Shown one piece after another: positions 38,442 through 48,390 of a stretch of 64,000 nt of DNA. The notes below the pieces were generated by a model that made no database searches, had not been told where the DNA came from, and worked only from the letters and a program-made list of their open reading frames with translations. The translations under genes were made by a program, and so were the position numbers. Positions within the stretch are counted from its first letter, which is position 1; each line of letters begins with the position of its first letter. Source of the DNA: Chloroflexota bacterium (GTDB lineage: Bacteria; Chloroflexota; Dehalococcoidia; GIF9; AB-539-J10); the NCBI GenBank assembly GCA_036834125.1, contig DAITOK010000002.1, forward strand, positions 49,382 to 113,381. Reading direction: 5' to 3'.

Positions 38442-39083
38442 ATGATGTTTGGTAAAAGGTATTTTGAAAAAGTCTTTTCGAAAGAAGACCCTTGGAGGTA
38501 TTTTATATGTGAATACGAGAGAAGGAAATATATCAGGCAGATAGAGGCTATCAAACGACATGTGCCTCACCCTGAGCGTATTCTGGAAATAGGATGTGCC
38601 GAAGGAGCTCATACCCTGATGCTAGCGAAGGCATTTCCAGAAGCCAGTATAGTGGGCGTGGAAATATCGGAAACTGCGGCTAGGAGGGCGATACAGAATT
38701 GCTCAGGTTACCCGAATGTGAACATACTTGAGGCAGACATAATAGGACTATTCAAGCAAGCCTACTTCCCAGAGAACAGCTTTGATGTTGTCATTCAAAG
38801 TGAGACCCTCTACTACCTGTTTCCTACGTTGGTGATGCAACTGAAAGTGGTGCCTTATCTGCGCGGTGTGACGAAAATCATGAAGAAGAACGGCATTTTC
38901 GTCACATCTAACCAATATAGCATTCGGACGTGGTTAGCCATGGCTACCTATTATTGGTTATTGAAGCGACTCTGCAGGTTAGCCCACGATTCTGAGTACA
39001 GAGAATGGAATGATACTGGGCGCAAATATGTGGTTTATGATTTGAAGGTCTTTATGAAAGGGATTGAGAAAGGCAGCTCCTGA
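38442..39083 (+). CDS. Class I SAM-dependent methyltransferase (NodS-like)
   Basis: DPWRY...YERRKY, LEIGCAEGAHT and SETLYY motifs. Confidence 0.82.
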   Translation: MMFGKRYFEKVFSKEDPWRYFICEYERRKYIRQIEAIKRHVPHPERILEIGCAEGAHTLMLAKAFPEASIVGVEISETAARRAIQNCSGYPNVNILEADIIGLFKQAYFPENSFDVVIQSETLYYLFPTLVMQLKVVPYLRGVTKIMKKNGIFVTSNQYSIRTWLAMATYYWLLKRLCRLAHDSEYREWNDTGRKYVVYDLKVFMKGIEKGSS

Positions 39084-39162
39084 ACTGATTTATCTCGGGC
39101 GGCATGAAAAACTCCAGCCACCAATAAGTATACGATAAGAAATGCTGTACGTAGGCAGACAA

Positions 39163-39600
39163 TTATTCGCCTAGCACCTGAACAACTATTTCCCTGCGGC
39201 GGGGGCGATTATCGAAATCTACAAAAACTATCTGTTGCCAAGTACCTAGAGTTAACCTCTTATTGACAAAAGGTATTACTAGTGAAGCTCCGAGTACGGA
39301 AGCCCGAACATGGGAATGCCCGTTCCCTTCTCCCCAAGTCTTATTATGCTCGTAGGGAATATTCTCTGGTACCGCTCTCTTCCACATACTTTTGAAGTCG
39401 GAAAGCAGATTTGGTTCGTATTCTATCGTGGTTATTCCAGCTGTTGAGCCAGACACAAACAAGGTTACTATGCCATTGTTTATCTTTGATTCCGTCACAG
39501 CGTTAGCCACCTGAGAAGTTATATCAATGATGTCGCAATCACCTCTAGATTGAAGGGATATTTCCTTGGTCTCTACGGTCATATGTGCACCTCCTGCCAT
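39163..39600 (-). CDS. yjbQ: YjbQ family protein (secondary thiamine-phosphate synthase)
   Basis: GSTAGITTIE, YEHN, NGHSH and LGTWQQIVFVDFD motifs. Confidence 0.92.
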   Translation of the reverse strand: MAGGAHMTVETKEISLQSRGDCDIIDITSQVANAVTESKINNGIVTLFVSGSTAGITTIEYEPNLLSDFKSMWKRAVPENIPYEHNKTWGEGNGHSHVRASVLGASLVIPFVNKRLTLGTWQQIVFVDFDNRPRRREIVVQVLGE

Positions 39601-40382
39601 ATAATGTCGTCTAACTCAAATACAGGTCCATCGCGACAGACTCGTTTTAAGCCTTTTTTAGTATCTATAGTGCAGCCATAGCAGGCTCCCAACCCGCATC
39701 CCATCCTGACCTCGAGGGAGATCTGACATTTCTTCAACTTGAGTTTACCTTGTCCTGATTTTGTCGGTATTCGCAATGACGTATCTGCTAAGGCTTTGTA
39801 CATATCCACTGGACCACAGGCGTATACTTGGTCAGCCCAGTCCAGGTAGTCACGCAGAATATCTATGGCTAAGCCCTTTTGCCCCAGGCTGCCATCTTCG
39901 GTGACGGCGATGAAACGAATTTCTCGATGGTTGACAGCGGGCGGCTGATAGGCGTCGGGATAAATCTGAGCCGCTGTGTTTGCACCGTGAATCAGAGTGA
40001 CAACGCAGTGAGATGGGACACGCTGGGTCAGAAAAATAAGCGGGGCAATGCCAATTCCTCCGGCTGTCAGCAACAATTTCCTCGATTGCGGTTGGACGTT
40101 GAAGCCATTGCCGAGTGGACCAAAGATGTCCAGTTTATCGCCGCTGCGTTGCCGCGACAGCCAGAGAGTTCCTTTTCCCACTATCTTGAAAAGGATGGCG
40201 ACCTTATCCTGCGAAACCTGATGCACGCTGAACGGGCGGCGTAGAGTGAGGTCTGGGCATCGCACTGTGATGAATTGCCCGGGCTGGGCTGCAGTGGCTA
40301 TATCTGGTGCTTCAATCCACATAAGGTAGGTGCCGGGCATGACCTGCACATTAGAAATAATGGTGCACAGGGTTTGTTTCAT
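39579..40382 (-). CDS. pyrK: Dihydroorotate dehydrogenase electron transfer subunit
   Basis: RRPFS, GPLGNGF, GGIGIAP, CGP and MGCGLGACYGC...VCRDGPVF motifs. Confidence 0.94.
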   Translation of the reverse strand: MKQTLCTIISNVQVMPGTYLMWIEAPDIATAAQPGQFITVRCPDLTLRRPFSVHQVSQDKVAILFKIVGKGTLWLSRQRSGDKLDIFGPLGNGFNVQPQSRKLLLTAGGIGIAPLIFLTQRVPSHCVVTLIHGANTAAQIYPDAYQPPAVNHREIRFIAVTEDGSLGQKGLAIDILRDYLDWADQVYACGPVDMYKALADTSLRIPTKSGQGKLKLKKCQISLEVRMGCGLGACYGCTIDTKKGLKRVCRDGPVFELDDIIWQEVHI

Positions 40383-40405
40383 GCTGACAGCTTATCCTAC
40401 ATGGA

Positions 40406-43400
40406 TTAATATTTTCTATTCTTTAGATATTCGTGGAGCGGTTGAACGTTAAAAACTTGACTGCTGGTCGCCAGCGCCTCTATAGCTACCCGCGCAGTAT
40501 CCAAAGAAGTGAAGCAAGGTATTCTTTTTTCGGCGGCGGCACGCCTGATAGCGAAACCATCTTTTAGTGGGATGCGTCCCCCTGTGATAGTATTAATCAC
40601 GCCACTCACAGAGTTATTCTGAATAACGTCAATTACATTGGGGTGTCCCTCGCTAAGCTTCTTGGTCACCATTTTCACCGGTAGTCCCATGGATTCAATC
40701 ATAGCAGCGGTTCCTTCGGTGGCATAGAGTTCGTAGTTAAGAGAATGCAAGTTCTTGATCAAGGGCATGGACTCATCTTTATCCTTGTCAGCAATACTAA
40801 GTAACAGGCTGCCTTTTTGCGGGAGCATCAATCCAGCAGCCAGAAGAGCCTTAACCAAAGCTGCTTCAAAGGTGTAGTCAACCCCCATGACCTCGCCTGT
40901 GGATTTCATCTCAGGGCCAAGGTAGCTATCCACTCCCGGCAATTTGGACATGGAGAAAACGGGAGCTTTTATAGCCACTAGCTTCTGTCTTTTCCACAAC
41001 CCACCTTCGTAGCCTTGCTCCTTAAGGCTAATTCCAGCCATAACTTTAGTAGCGATTTTGATCATGGGCACGCCGGTTACTTTGGAGATGAAGGGCATGG
41101 TTCGGCTAGCACGGGGATTCACTTCAAAAACATATACTGTGGAGCGACCATTCTCTTTCATAATCACCATCTGAACGTTCATCAAACCCTTGATTCCCAG
41201 AGCCAGCCCAATTCTAGTAGTATAATCCACGATGGTATTCACTTCCTCTTCTGTGAGGCTGATTCCGGGGTAGATGGATAAGGCATCGCCACTATGTACC
41301 CCAGCCTTTTCGATGTGCTCCATCACGCCAGGAATGAGGACCCTTTCACCATCACAAATGGCATCCGTTTCGACCTCTTTACCTTGGAAATACTTATCAA
41401 TAAGGACAGGATGCTGGCTGTCTACCTCTAAAGCTAACGTTAAGTGGCGGGTCAGCTCAACTTCGTTATACACGATTTCCATAGCCCGCCCTCCCAGCAC
41501 ATAGCTGGGGCGCACCAACACTGGGTAGCCCAAGGTTTTAGCTATATTTAATGCCTCGTCTAAAGACCTTACTCCGGCTCCCGGTGGCTGAGGGATGCCT
41601 AATCCATCTAGGAAATCTTCAAAACGACGACGGTCTTCAGCAATATCTATAGCTTCAGCACTGGAACCGAGTATCGGTAAGTTGTTGCGGGCTAAAACGT
41701 TAACCAGGTTTAATGGTGTTTGTCCGCCAAGCTGGACTACTGATGCCGGAGCAACACCATTGTTATTTTCGTTGTCAAGTATATTTCGGATGCTTTCCTC
41801 GTCCAGAGCTTCAAAATAGAGACGGTCGCTAGTGTCAAAATCAGTGGAGACTGTTTCGGGATTGCAATTAACCAAAATGCTTTTTATTCCTATTTCCTTA
41901 AGCGCCCAGACTGAGTGGACACAGCAGTAGTCAAATTCGATTCCTTGCCCGATGCGTATAGGGCCGCTGCCAATAACTACAGCTTTCTGCCTTTCTAAAG
42001 GTGAAGCTTCAGTCTCTTTTTCATAGGCGCTGTAGAAATAGGGTGTCTCAGCCTCAAACTCGGCAGCGCAGGTATCCACCATCTTGTACACTGGACGAAT
42101 GTTCCATTCATGACGAAGTTGCCTTACTTGTTCCGGCAACCTATCAGCTAGAGTGCCTATTTGCTCGTCGGAGAAACCTAATCTTTTTGCTTCCCACAAA
42201 AGCTCCGGTGTTAACCGCTCGGAGAGAAGACGTTTTTCCATATCCACAATATTCTTGAATTTGTAGATAAACCAAGGGTCTATGCCGGTGATTTGACAAA
42301 TCTCTTCAGGGGTGGCTTCCCGTCGCAGCGCCGCCATAATTGCCCATAGCCTTAAGTCGTTAGGAGGGTAGAGGGGATAAGATTCGAGTCCTTTCCCTTT
42401 ACTCCAGTTGGGGTCTTCCCAGAGCAAAGTGCGTTTGCCGAATTCCAGAGAGCGCACAGCTTTTTGAAAAGCAGCCTCAAAACATCTGTCAATAGCCATC
42501 GTCTCACCTGTGGCTTTCATCTGAGTACCGATTGTGCGGTCGCCTAAGGCGAATTTATCGAATGGCCACCTGGGGATCTTGACCACGCAGTAATCTAGGG
42601 CTGGCTCAAAAGAGGCTAATGTCTTGCCTGTGACCCTGTTGGGTATTTCATCAAGCCTCTTGCCTATAGCTATCTTGGCAGCCACTCGAGCGATGGGATA
42701 GCCAGTGGCTTTACTGGCTAAAGCTGAACTACGGCTGACGCGAGGATTAACCTCAATGACGTAATACTGGCTTTTAGTGACCTTTTTCTGGTTGGGAGCC
42801 CATTTTTCCGCCACCACAGGATGGGGAGTAAGGGCAAACTGGATGTTGCAGCCGCCTTCAATTCCCAAGGCTCTTATAATACGGATGCTGGCTGACCGTA
42901 GCATTTGATGTTCTTTGTCGGTAAGAGTCTGGCTGGGAGCTACCACAATGCTATCCCCAGTATGCACCCCCATAGGGTCAATGTTTTCCATATTACAAAC
43001 TATAATGCAGTTGTCGGCACCATCTCTCATAACCTCGTATTCAAGTTCCTTCCAGCCCAAGATGCATTGTTCCACCAGTACTTCATGGCTCATGCTGGCG
43101 TCCAAGCCATTGGCAACTATTTGTTCCAGTTCTTTTATTGTGTAGGCAATGCCACCTCCAGTACCACCCAATGTGTAGGAAGGACGGACAATAAGAGGCA
43201 AGCCGATGGAATTGACTAGTTCCACAGCCTCCTCTACCGATTTCACAGTTTTGCTGGGAGGCACAGGTTCGCCAATATCAATAAGAAGTTGCTTAAACAA
43301 AGATCTTTCTTCGGCTTTCTTTATGGTTTCTAGTGGTGTTCCTAGAAGCCTTACACCGTACTTATCCAGTATGCCGGCGTCGGCTAATTCCACTGCTAAG

Positions 43401-43681
43401 TTGAGCCCTGTTTGCCCTCCCAAAGTAGGTAGTAAGCCATCGGGGCGCTCCCTTTCAATTATGCGGGTCAAAACTTCGGGGGTGAGCGGCTCAATGTAAA
43501 CGATATCAGCGATGCCCTCATCGGTCATGATGGTGGCTGGGTTTGAATTCACCAGTACTGTAGTCACGCCTTCTTCCCGTAAAGCTCGGCAAGCCTGAGT
43601 CCCGGAGTAATCGAACTCTGCCGCCTGCCCAATTATTATTGGCCCCGAACCAATGACTAAGACTTTAAGCAGTCTGGACAT
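40406..43681 (-). CDS. carB: Carbamoyl-phosphate synthase large subunit
   Basis: [27 protein letters not shown], duplicated ATP-grasp domains and a MGS-like tail. Confidence 0.98.
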   Translation of the reverse strand: MSRLLKVLVIGSGPIIIGQAAEFDYSGTQACRALREEGVTTVLVNSNPATIMTDEGIADIVYIEPLTPEVLTRIIERERPDGLLPTLGGQTGLNLAVELADAGILDKYGVRLLGTPLETIKKAEERSLFKQLLIDIGEPVPPSKTVKSVEEAVELVNSIGLPLIVRPSYTLGGTGGGIAYTIKELEQIVANGLDASMSHEVLVEQCILGWKELEYEVMRDGADNCIIVCNMENIDPMGVHTGDSIVVAPSQTLTDKEHQMLRSASIRIIRALGIEGGCNIQFALTPHPVVAEKWAPNQKKVTKSQYYVIEVNPRVSRSSALASKATGYPIARVAAKIAIGKRLDEIPNRVTGKTLASFEPALDYCVVKIPRWPFDKFALGDRTIGTQMKATGETMAIDRCFEAAFQKAVRSLEFGKRTLLWEDPNWSKGKGLESYPLYPPNDLRLWAIMAALRREATPEEICQITGIDPWFIYKFKNIVDMEKRLLSERLTPELLWEAKRLGFSDEQIGTLADRLPEQVRQLRHEWNIRPVYKMVDTCAAEFEAETPYFYSAYEKETEASPLERQKAVVIGSGPIRIGQGIEFDYCCVHSVWALKEIGIKSILVNCNPETVSTDFDTSDRLYFEALDEESIRNILDNENNNGVAPASVVQLGGQTPLNLVNVLARNNLPILGSSAEAIDIAEDRRRFEDFLDGLGIPQPPGAGVRSLDEALNIAKTLGYPVLVRPSYVLGGRAMEIVYNEVELTRHLTLALEVDSQHPVLIDKYFQGKEVETDAICDGERVLIPGVMEHIEKAGVHSGDALSIYPGISLTEEEVNTIVDYTTRIGLALGIKGLMNVQMVIMKENGRSTVYVFEVNPRASRTMPFISKVTGVPMIKIATKVMAGISLKEQGYEGGLWKRQKLVAIKAPVFSMSKLPGVDSYLGPEMKSTGEVMGVDYTFEAALVKALLAAGLMLPQKGSLLLSIADKDKDESMPLIKNLHSLNYELYATEGTAAMIESMGLPVKMVTKKLSEGHPNVIDVIQNNSVSGVINTITGGRIPLKDGFAIRRAAAEKRIPCFTSLDTARVAIEALATSSQVFNVQPLHEYLKNRKY

Positions 43682-43698
43682 GTTTTTCTCCTACTCAA

Positions 43699-44667
43699 TC
43701 ACTGATGCTTGCCTTCGGCTTTATACAATCTATCCATAATTGCTCTTCCCAGCCCAATTTCCGGCACAGGCTGGGCGTAGATGATATCTAACCCTGCTCT
43801 ATCCAACCTGTGAAGACAAGAAAAGAAATTTGCCGCTGCCTCTCGCAAATCACCTTGGGGCGAGAGGACTTCTACTGCCTCATATGGCAGCTCCTTTTCT
43901 GGTTTAGTGAACGCCAAGAGTCCTATTCGTTTTTCTTTTGAAACTTCAAAGTTCTTATCTTGAAGAATTCTTACAGGAGTTCTGGGCGAATAATGATGGG
44001 GTAATTGTCCTGGCGAGCGAGGTCTGTCGGGATTGTTCGCGGATATTTTTACCTCTCCTATTACCGCCTCTATTTCTTCAATAGGTAACCCGCCAGGTCT
44101 TAAGATGATGGGGTCTGGCCCGGTAACGTCCAGCACGGTAGATTCCACGCCAACGGGGCATCTTCCCCCATCCAGTATGAGGTCTATCTTTTCCCCTATT
44201 TGCTCCTTTACATGCTCTGCAGTGGTTGGGCTTAGGTACCCAAAAGGGTTGGCACTGGGAGCAGCTATCGGTGTTCGCGCCTCTCTAATCAATTCCAGGG
44301 CTACTGCGTGCGAAGGCATCCTGACAGCAACTGATGGAAGACCTGCTGTCACAATATCTGGTATAGCTTGGGTTTTGGGTAGCACCAAGGTCAGAGGACC
44401 TGGCCAGAAACTCTCTATAAGTTTCTTAGTTCTTTTGTCTACCAAAGAACACACCTTCCTTATTGAAGAGAAATTGGCTATATGGACAATGAGCGGGTCG
44501 AATCGCGGGCGGTTCTTCACCTCAAATATTTTGGCCACTGCTAGGGAATTTAGTGCATCTGCCCCCAGTCCGTACACAGTCTCGGTAGGAAATGCCACTA
44601 GACCGCCTTCCCGTATAATAGCGGCAGCTTTCGTGATAACTTGAGGTGTAGCAACAGCAACTTTCAT
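43699..44667 (-). CDS. sua5: L-threonylcarbamoyladenylate synthase (Sua5 form)
   Basis: AFPTETVYGLGA, KNRPRFDPLIVH, APSAN and ESTVLD motifs; C-terminal SPGQ..HY Sua5 domain. Confidence 0.95.
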   Translation of the reverse strand: MKVAVATPQVITKAAAIIREGGLVAFPTETVYGLGADALNSLAVAKIFEVKNRPRFDPLIVHIANFSSIRKVCSLVDKRTKKLIESFWPGPLTLVLPKTQAIPDIVTAGLPSVAVRMPSHAVALELIREARTPIAAPSANPFGYLSPTTAEHVKEQIGEKIDLILDGGRCPVGVESTVLDVTGPDPIILRPGGLPIEEIEAVIGEVKISANNPDRPRSPGQLPHHYSPRTPVRILQDKNFEVSKEKRIGLLAFTKPEKELPYEAVEVLSPQGDLREAAANFFSCLHRLDRAGLDIIYAQPVPEIGLGRAIMDRLYKAEGKHQ

Positions 44668-45686
44668 AAGTTAAGAGCTTTTTGTATTTTCAGCAGCGTA
44701 TCTTGGAAAGGAGGAGTCTTGAACCAAATGTGTCCTGTTATTTCATTACAAAGAGTTTGGTAAAGGAAGGAGATTGACTCAAAAAGCTCTGGGGGGAGTG
44801 GTGGAGGCGTTGACCTTACAAGTTCCTTCCACCTTACGCTATCCTTTTTCTTCGCCTCTTCTACTTCCTTAAACCAAGAAGTATTTCGGTAAAATATCCT
44901 AGCAACCTCTTTGCTTACGGGTATGCCTTTGAATGTGAACCTACACTCGTCTGGTGTTCCAAGGACATCCACCAACAAAAGGTTTCGCTTTTCATCAAAT
45001 CCAAACTCAACTTTGCCATCCTCGTGGACAAGACCTAATCTATTAACTTCTTTGGTGACGAGTTCGTTAATCAGTAGGGTTGTGTCTTTGATTTTCTGCA
45101 TTTCATCTTGGCTCAATCCGGCAATATCCCTCGCCTCTTCCCAGCTTATATATCTGTCAGTCTTTTCCAGTTTCGTAGACACGTCCAAGACAGGTTTCTC
45201 AAGTTTCTGTCCTGGCAAAGGCATTTTGCTCAAGCCAATGTCTTCCAGCCTCAGACTCCCTTCTTTTAGCCTCTTGAAAACGCTTGAGCCTTCCGGTAGA
45301 TAGTTGCGATAGACGATCTCAAGAGGTATAAGGAAATTGGACGTTTCTTTTTGGTAAGCTGAGTAATCATAAACATTTCCCCTAATCTCAGGCTTTATCA
45401 CTCGTAGCAGTTTAATCTTCAGAGAATTGACGGGCTCTTTAAGCTCGCGCAGAGATTTTGGTTTGCCATCCATCACCCCTAAATAATGGGTTTTTATGCC
45501 CTTGTCTTCAAGTTTTTCAAAGAAGTGTGCACTCATAAGACAGAGTGACTTACCTTTGTTTGTAATATGGTCGGGCATCTCACCCCAGTCGAACACCGAA
45601 TAGCGGTCAGAGAAGATGAAATACCCTATCCCGGCCTTGCTAGCTTCGGGTTTTTCCAGAACCGTTAAGTCTTTCACGCTACCCAT
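44664..45686 (-). CDS. purC: SAICAR synthetase (long, archaeal-like type)
   Basis: GSVKD, FSDRYSVFD, STKLE, DGKVEFG and DVLGTPDE.R motifs. Confidence 0.88.
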   Translation of the reverse strand: MGSVKDLTVLEKPEASKAGIGYFIFSDRYSVFDWGEMPDHITNKGKSLCLMSAHFFEKLEDKGIKTHYLGVMDGKPKSLRELKEPVNSLKIKLLRVIKPEIRGNVYDYSAYQKETSNFLIPLEIVYRNYLPEGSSVFKRLKEGSLRLEDIGLSKMPLPGQKLEKPVLDVSTKLEKTDRYISWEEARDIAGLSQDEMQKIKDTTLLINELVTKEVNRLGLVHEDGKVEFGFDEKRNLLLVDVLGTPDECRFTFKGIPVSKEVARIFYRNTSWFKEVEEAKKKDSVRWKELVRSTPPPLPPELFESISFLYQTLCNEITGHIWFKTPPFQDTLLKIQKALNL

Positions 45687-45821
45687 TTTTGTCTACCTCC
45701 TTATTTTCTGTCTCTTTTCTGTTTTCTTCTTGATATTCTTTTGCCTCTTGTTGCAAGCTCTCATCTGAGAAGGCACGTATTTTTATGATATTTCATGAGG
45801 CAAGTGGTGCCTGCCTGCTTA

Positions 45822-45882
45822 CTATCGGCCCGAGCCAATCACTAAGACTTTAGATATTTTGGACACGTTTGCTCTTTTCTCC
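45822..45882 (-). pseudogene. 5' remnant of carB (SD plus 14 codons)
   Basis: GTG TCC AAA ATA TCT AAA GTC TTA GTG ATT GGC TCG GGC CGA TAG = [14 protein letters not shown], versus intact car[15 protein letters not shown]; both share upstream TAGGAGAAAA. Confidence 0.75.
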
Positions 45883-45886
45883 TATT

Positions 45887-47020
45887 CTAGCCTTTCACCA
45901 TCTCTAGAAATCGCTCAAATAGGTACATGTTGTCCAGTGGCCCCGGGGAGGCTTCGGAGTGATACTGGATGGATATGATGGGCAAGTCCCGGTGGCGAAG
46001 CCCCTCCACTGTGCCATCGTTTAAGTTTATATGGCTGACCTCTAGTCCGCCTTTCAGGGTATCGGCATCTATAGCATAGCCATGGTTTTGTGCTGTGATA
46101 TAGACCCGACCTGTAGCTAGGTCTTTCACAGGATGGTTACCACCACGGTGCCCGAATTTGAGCTTGAAAGTCCAAGCTCCCAAGGCTTTGCCTATAAGTT
46201 GGTGTCCCAGGCATATGCCCATTATGGGTTTCTTACCGAGGATACTCTTTACCGTTTTGACTATGTCATCGAGGAGCGCAGGGTCACCAGGTCCTGGTGA
46301 CAAGACGATGCCGTCGGGGTTTAAGGCCAAAATTTTCTTCGCTGAAGCAGTGCAGGGGATAGCGGTCACTCGGCAGCCAAGATAGGACAAGATACGCAGT
46401 ATGTTGTATTTCAGACCGCAATCAACAACCACGATATGGCAGTGCTTTGTTTCGCCACCATCTTTGTCCTTCAGGGCGTGGGAAAGTACACTGGCAACAG
46501 GTGGCGCATTGGGCTGCCATTCGTATGTCTTGTCGGTGCTAACTTGGCGAACGAAATTGATGGCATCATATCTGGGCACGGTTCTCAGTTCCTCTAACGC
46601 CTCCCCTGCTGTCATTTCCGATGTGATAATTCCCATCATCACCCCTGCCGACCTCAAGCGGCGCGTCAAGGCTCGTGTATCTATACCGGCGATGCCTGGG
46701 ATGCCATAAGCCAGCAGAAATTCATGTAAAGTCCGGGTACTTTGCCAGTGGCTGGGCTGCACACAATATTCACGGACTACAAAACCTCTGACTTGAATCT
46801 GCTTGGATTCAAAATCGGAGTCATTGATGCCGTAATTGCCAATCAAAGGATATGTGGGCACTAGAATTTGACCAGCGTAAGAGGGGTCTGTGAGCATCTC
46901 TTGGTAGCCGGTCATACTTGTGCTGAAGACCACCTCACCGTAGGTGGTAGCCTCAGCGCCGAAGGCTTCGCCTTCGTAAACCGCGCCATCTTCGAGAACC
47001 AAAATGGTTTTTTTAGCCAT
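45887..47020 (-). CDS. carA: Carbamoyl-phosphate synthase small subunit
   Basis: GEVVFSTSMTGYQE, TDPSY, SPGPGDP, GICLGHQ and QYHSEASPGP motifs. Confidence 0.97.
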   Translation of the reverse strand: MAKKTILVLEDGAVYEGEAFGAEATTYGEVVFSTSMTGYQEMLTDPSYAGQILVPTYPLIGNYGINDSDFESKQIQVRGFVVREYCVQPSHWQSTRTLHEFLLAYGIPGIAGIDTRALTRRLRSAGVMMGIITSEMTAGEALEELRTVPRYDAINFVRQVSTDKTYEWQPNAPPVASVLSHALKDKDGGETKHCHIVVVDCGLKYNILRILSYLGCRVTAIPCTASAKKILALNPDGIVLSPGPGDPALLDDIVKTVKSILGKKPIMGICLGHQLIGKALGAWTFKLKFGHRGGNHPVKDLATGRVYITAQNHGYAIDADTLKGGLEVSHINLNDGTVEGLRHRDLPIISIQYHSEASPGPLDNMYLFERFLEMVKG

Positions 47021-48390
47021 CAGATTGCCGCGTTGCTTTGTTTGATTACCAATGAGTCGTCTATATGAACTAGCTTGCTGTTTGCTATAGTTGCCATTAT
47101 CTTGCCCCTAAACCTGTAGCCTTCATAAGGAGTATTTTTGCCTTTGGAAACAAAGTTGTGGCTATTCACTACCCATTCTAGGTCAGGGTCGAGCAGGGTG
47201 ATATTAGCTGGGACTCCTATCTTCAAAGTGCCTAGTTCATTATTTCTAGCGATGATTTTTGCTGGCTCATGAGTCAACTTGGAAATCAACTGAACAAGGC
47301 TTAGTTTTCCTTGGTGCACCAAGCTCAGCAGACAACCAAGGGCAGTTTCGAAGCCGCTGATGCCAAAAGCAGCCGCTTCCAGGCCACAGTTTTTATCTGC
47401 TGAGGTATGTGGAGCATGGTCGGTGGCGATAGCGTCAATTACTCCTTCTTTGAGCCCTTCGATTAAGGCGTTAACATCTTCCACGGTGCGCAGAGGCGGA
47501 TTTACTTTGGCATTGGGATTAAGAGATTTATGCGGAGGTCCACTTGTAATCTGTGTTTCGGTTAAGGTCAGATGGTGAGGGGTGACTTCGGAAGTCACCG
47601 GGATCGTTTCTTCCTTAGCGCGGCGAATAAGCTCCATAGAGCCTTTGGTGCTGACATGGGCAATGTGCAATTTAGCTCTGGTCAGCTTAGCCAGAATAAG
47701 GTCACGGGCAACCATAACTTCTTCAGCAGCGGCGGGAATCCCTTTCAGTCTCAACTTATCAGACATCCGACCTTCGTTTATGATTCCCCCAGCGCTCAAT
47801 GCCTTATCCTCGCAGTGGTCAATGATGGGCAAGCCTAAGGTTCGGCTATGCTCGAGGGCACGCCGCATAAGCTGCGAGTTCATTACAGGAGCGCCATCGT
47901 CGCTGAAACCCACCACCCCAGCCTCAGTCAGCTCAGCAAAGTCAGTCAACTCCTCGCCTTTTCTATTTTTGGTGATACAACCTATAGGAAAAACAGCAAC
48001 CACGCCATCTTTGCTGGCTTTTCGTTTTACCCAATCTACGACTGCCGCATTGTCTAAAGGAGGGTCGGTGTTAGGCATACAGCAGACAGCGACAAAGCCA
48101 CCTATGGCAGCCGCTTTTGTCCCTGTGGCAATCGTTTCTTTATTTTCAAAGCCTGGCTCACGGAGGTGACAATGTATGTCTATAAAGCCGGGACAGACAA
48201 TTAGTCCTGTGGCATCCAGAGTTTCCATCTTTTTCTTAGTCCATTCAGAGAGCTGTCCTGAAAGGATAGCCCTCCCAACTTGCGCAATCTTGCCCTCGAC
48301 AATAAGCAGGTCGCCGACCTGGTCTATACCCTGGCTGGGGTCAATTATGCGGGCGCCGTGGATAAGTAAGAACATAGCTTCGTTATTCAT
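47020..48390 (-). CDS. pyrC: Dihydroorotase (type I)
   Basis: DIHCHLREPG, MPNT, FSDDG, HVST, KVNPPLR and ATDHAPH motifs. Confidence 0.96.
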   Translation of the reverse strand: MNNEAMFLLIHGARIIDPSQGIDQVGDLLIVEGKIAQVGRAILSGQLSEWTKKKMETLDATGLIVCPGFIDIHCHLREPGFENKETIATGTKAAAIGGFVAVCCMPNTDPPLDNAAVVDWVKRKASKDGVVAVFPIGCITKNRKGEELTDFAELTEAGVVGFSDDGAPVMNSQLMRRALEHSRTLGLPIIDHCEDKALSAGGIINEGRMSDKLRLKGIPAAAEEVMVARDLILAKLTRAKLHIAHVSTKGSMELIRRAKEETIPVTSEVTPHHLTLTETQITSGPPHKSLNPNAKVNPPLRTVEDVNALIEGLKEGVIDAIATDHAPHTSADKNCGLEAAAFGISGFETALGCLLSLVHQGKLSLVQLISKLTHEPAKIIARNNELGTLKIGVPANITLLDPDLEWVVNSHNFVSKGKNTPYEGYRFRGKIMATIANSKLVHIDDSLVIKQSNAAI

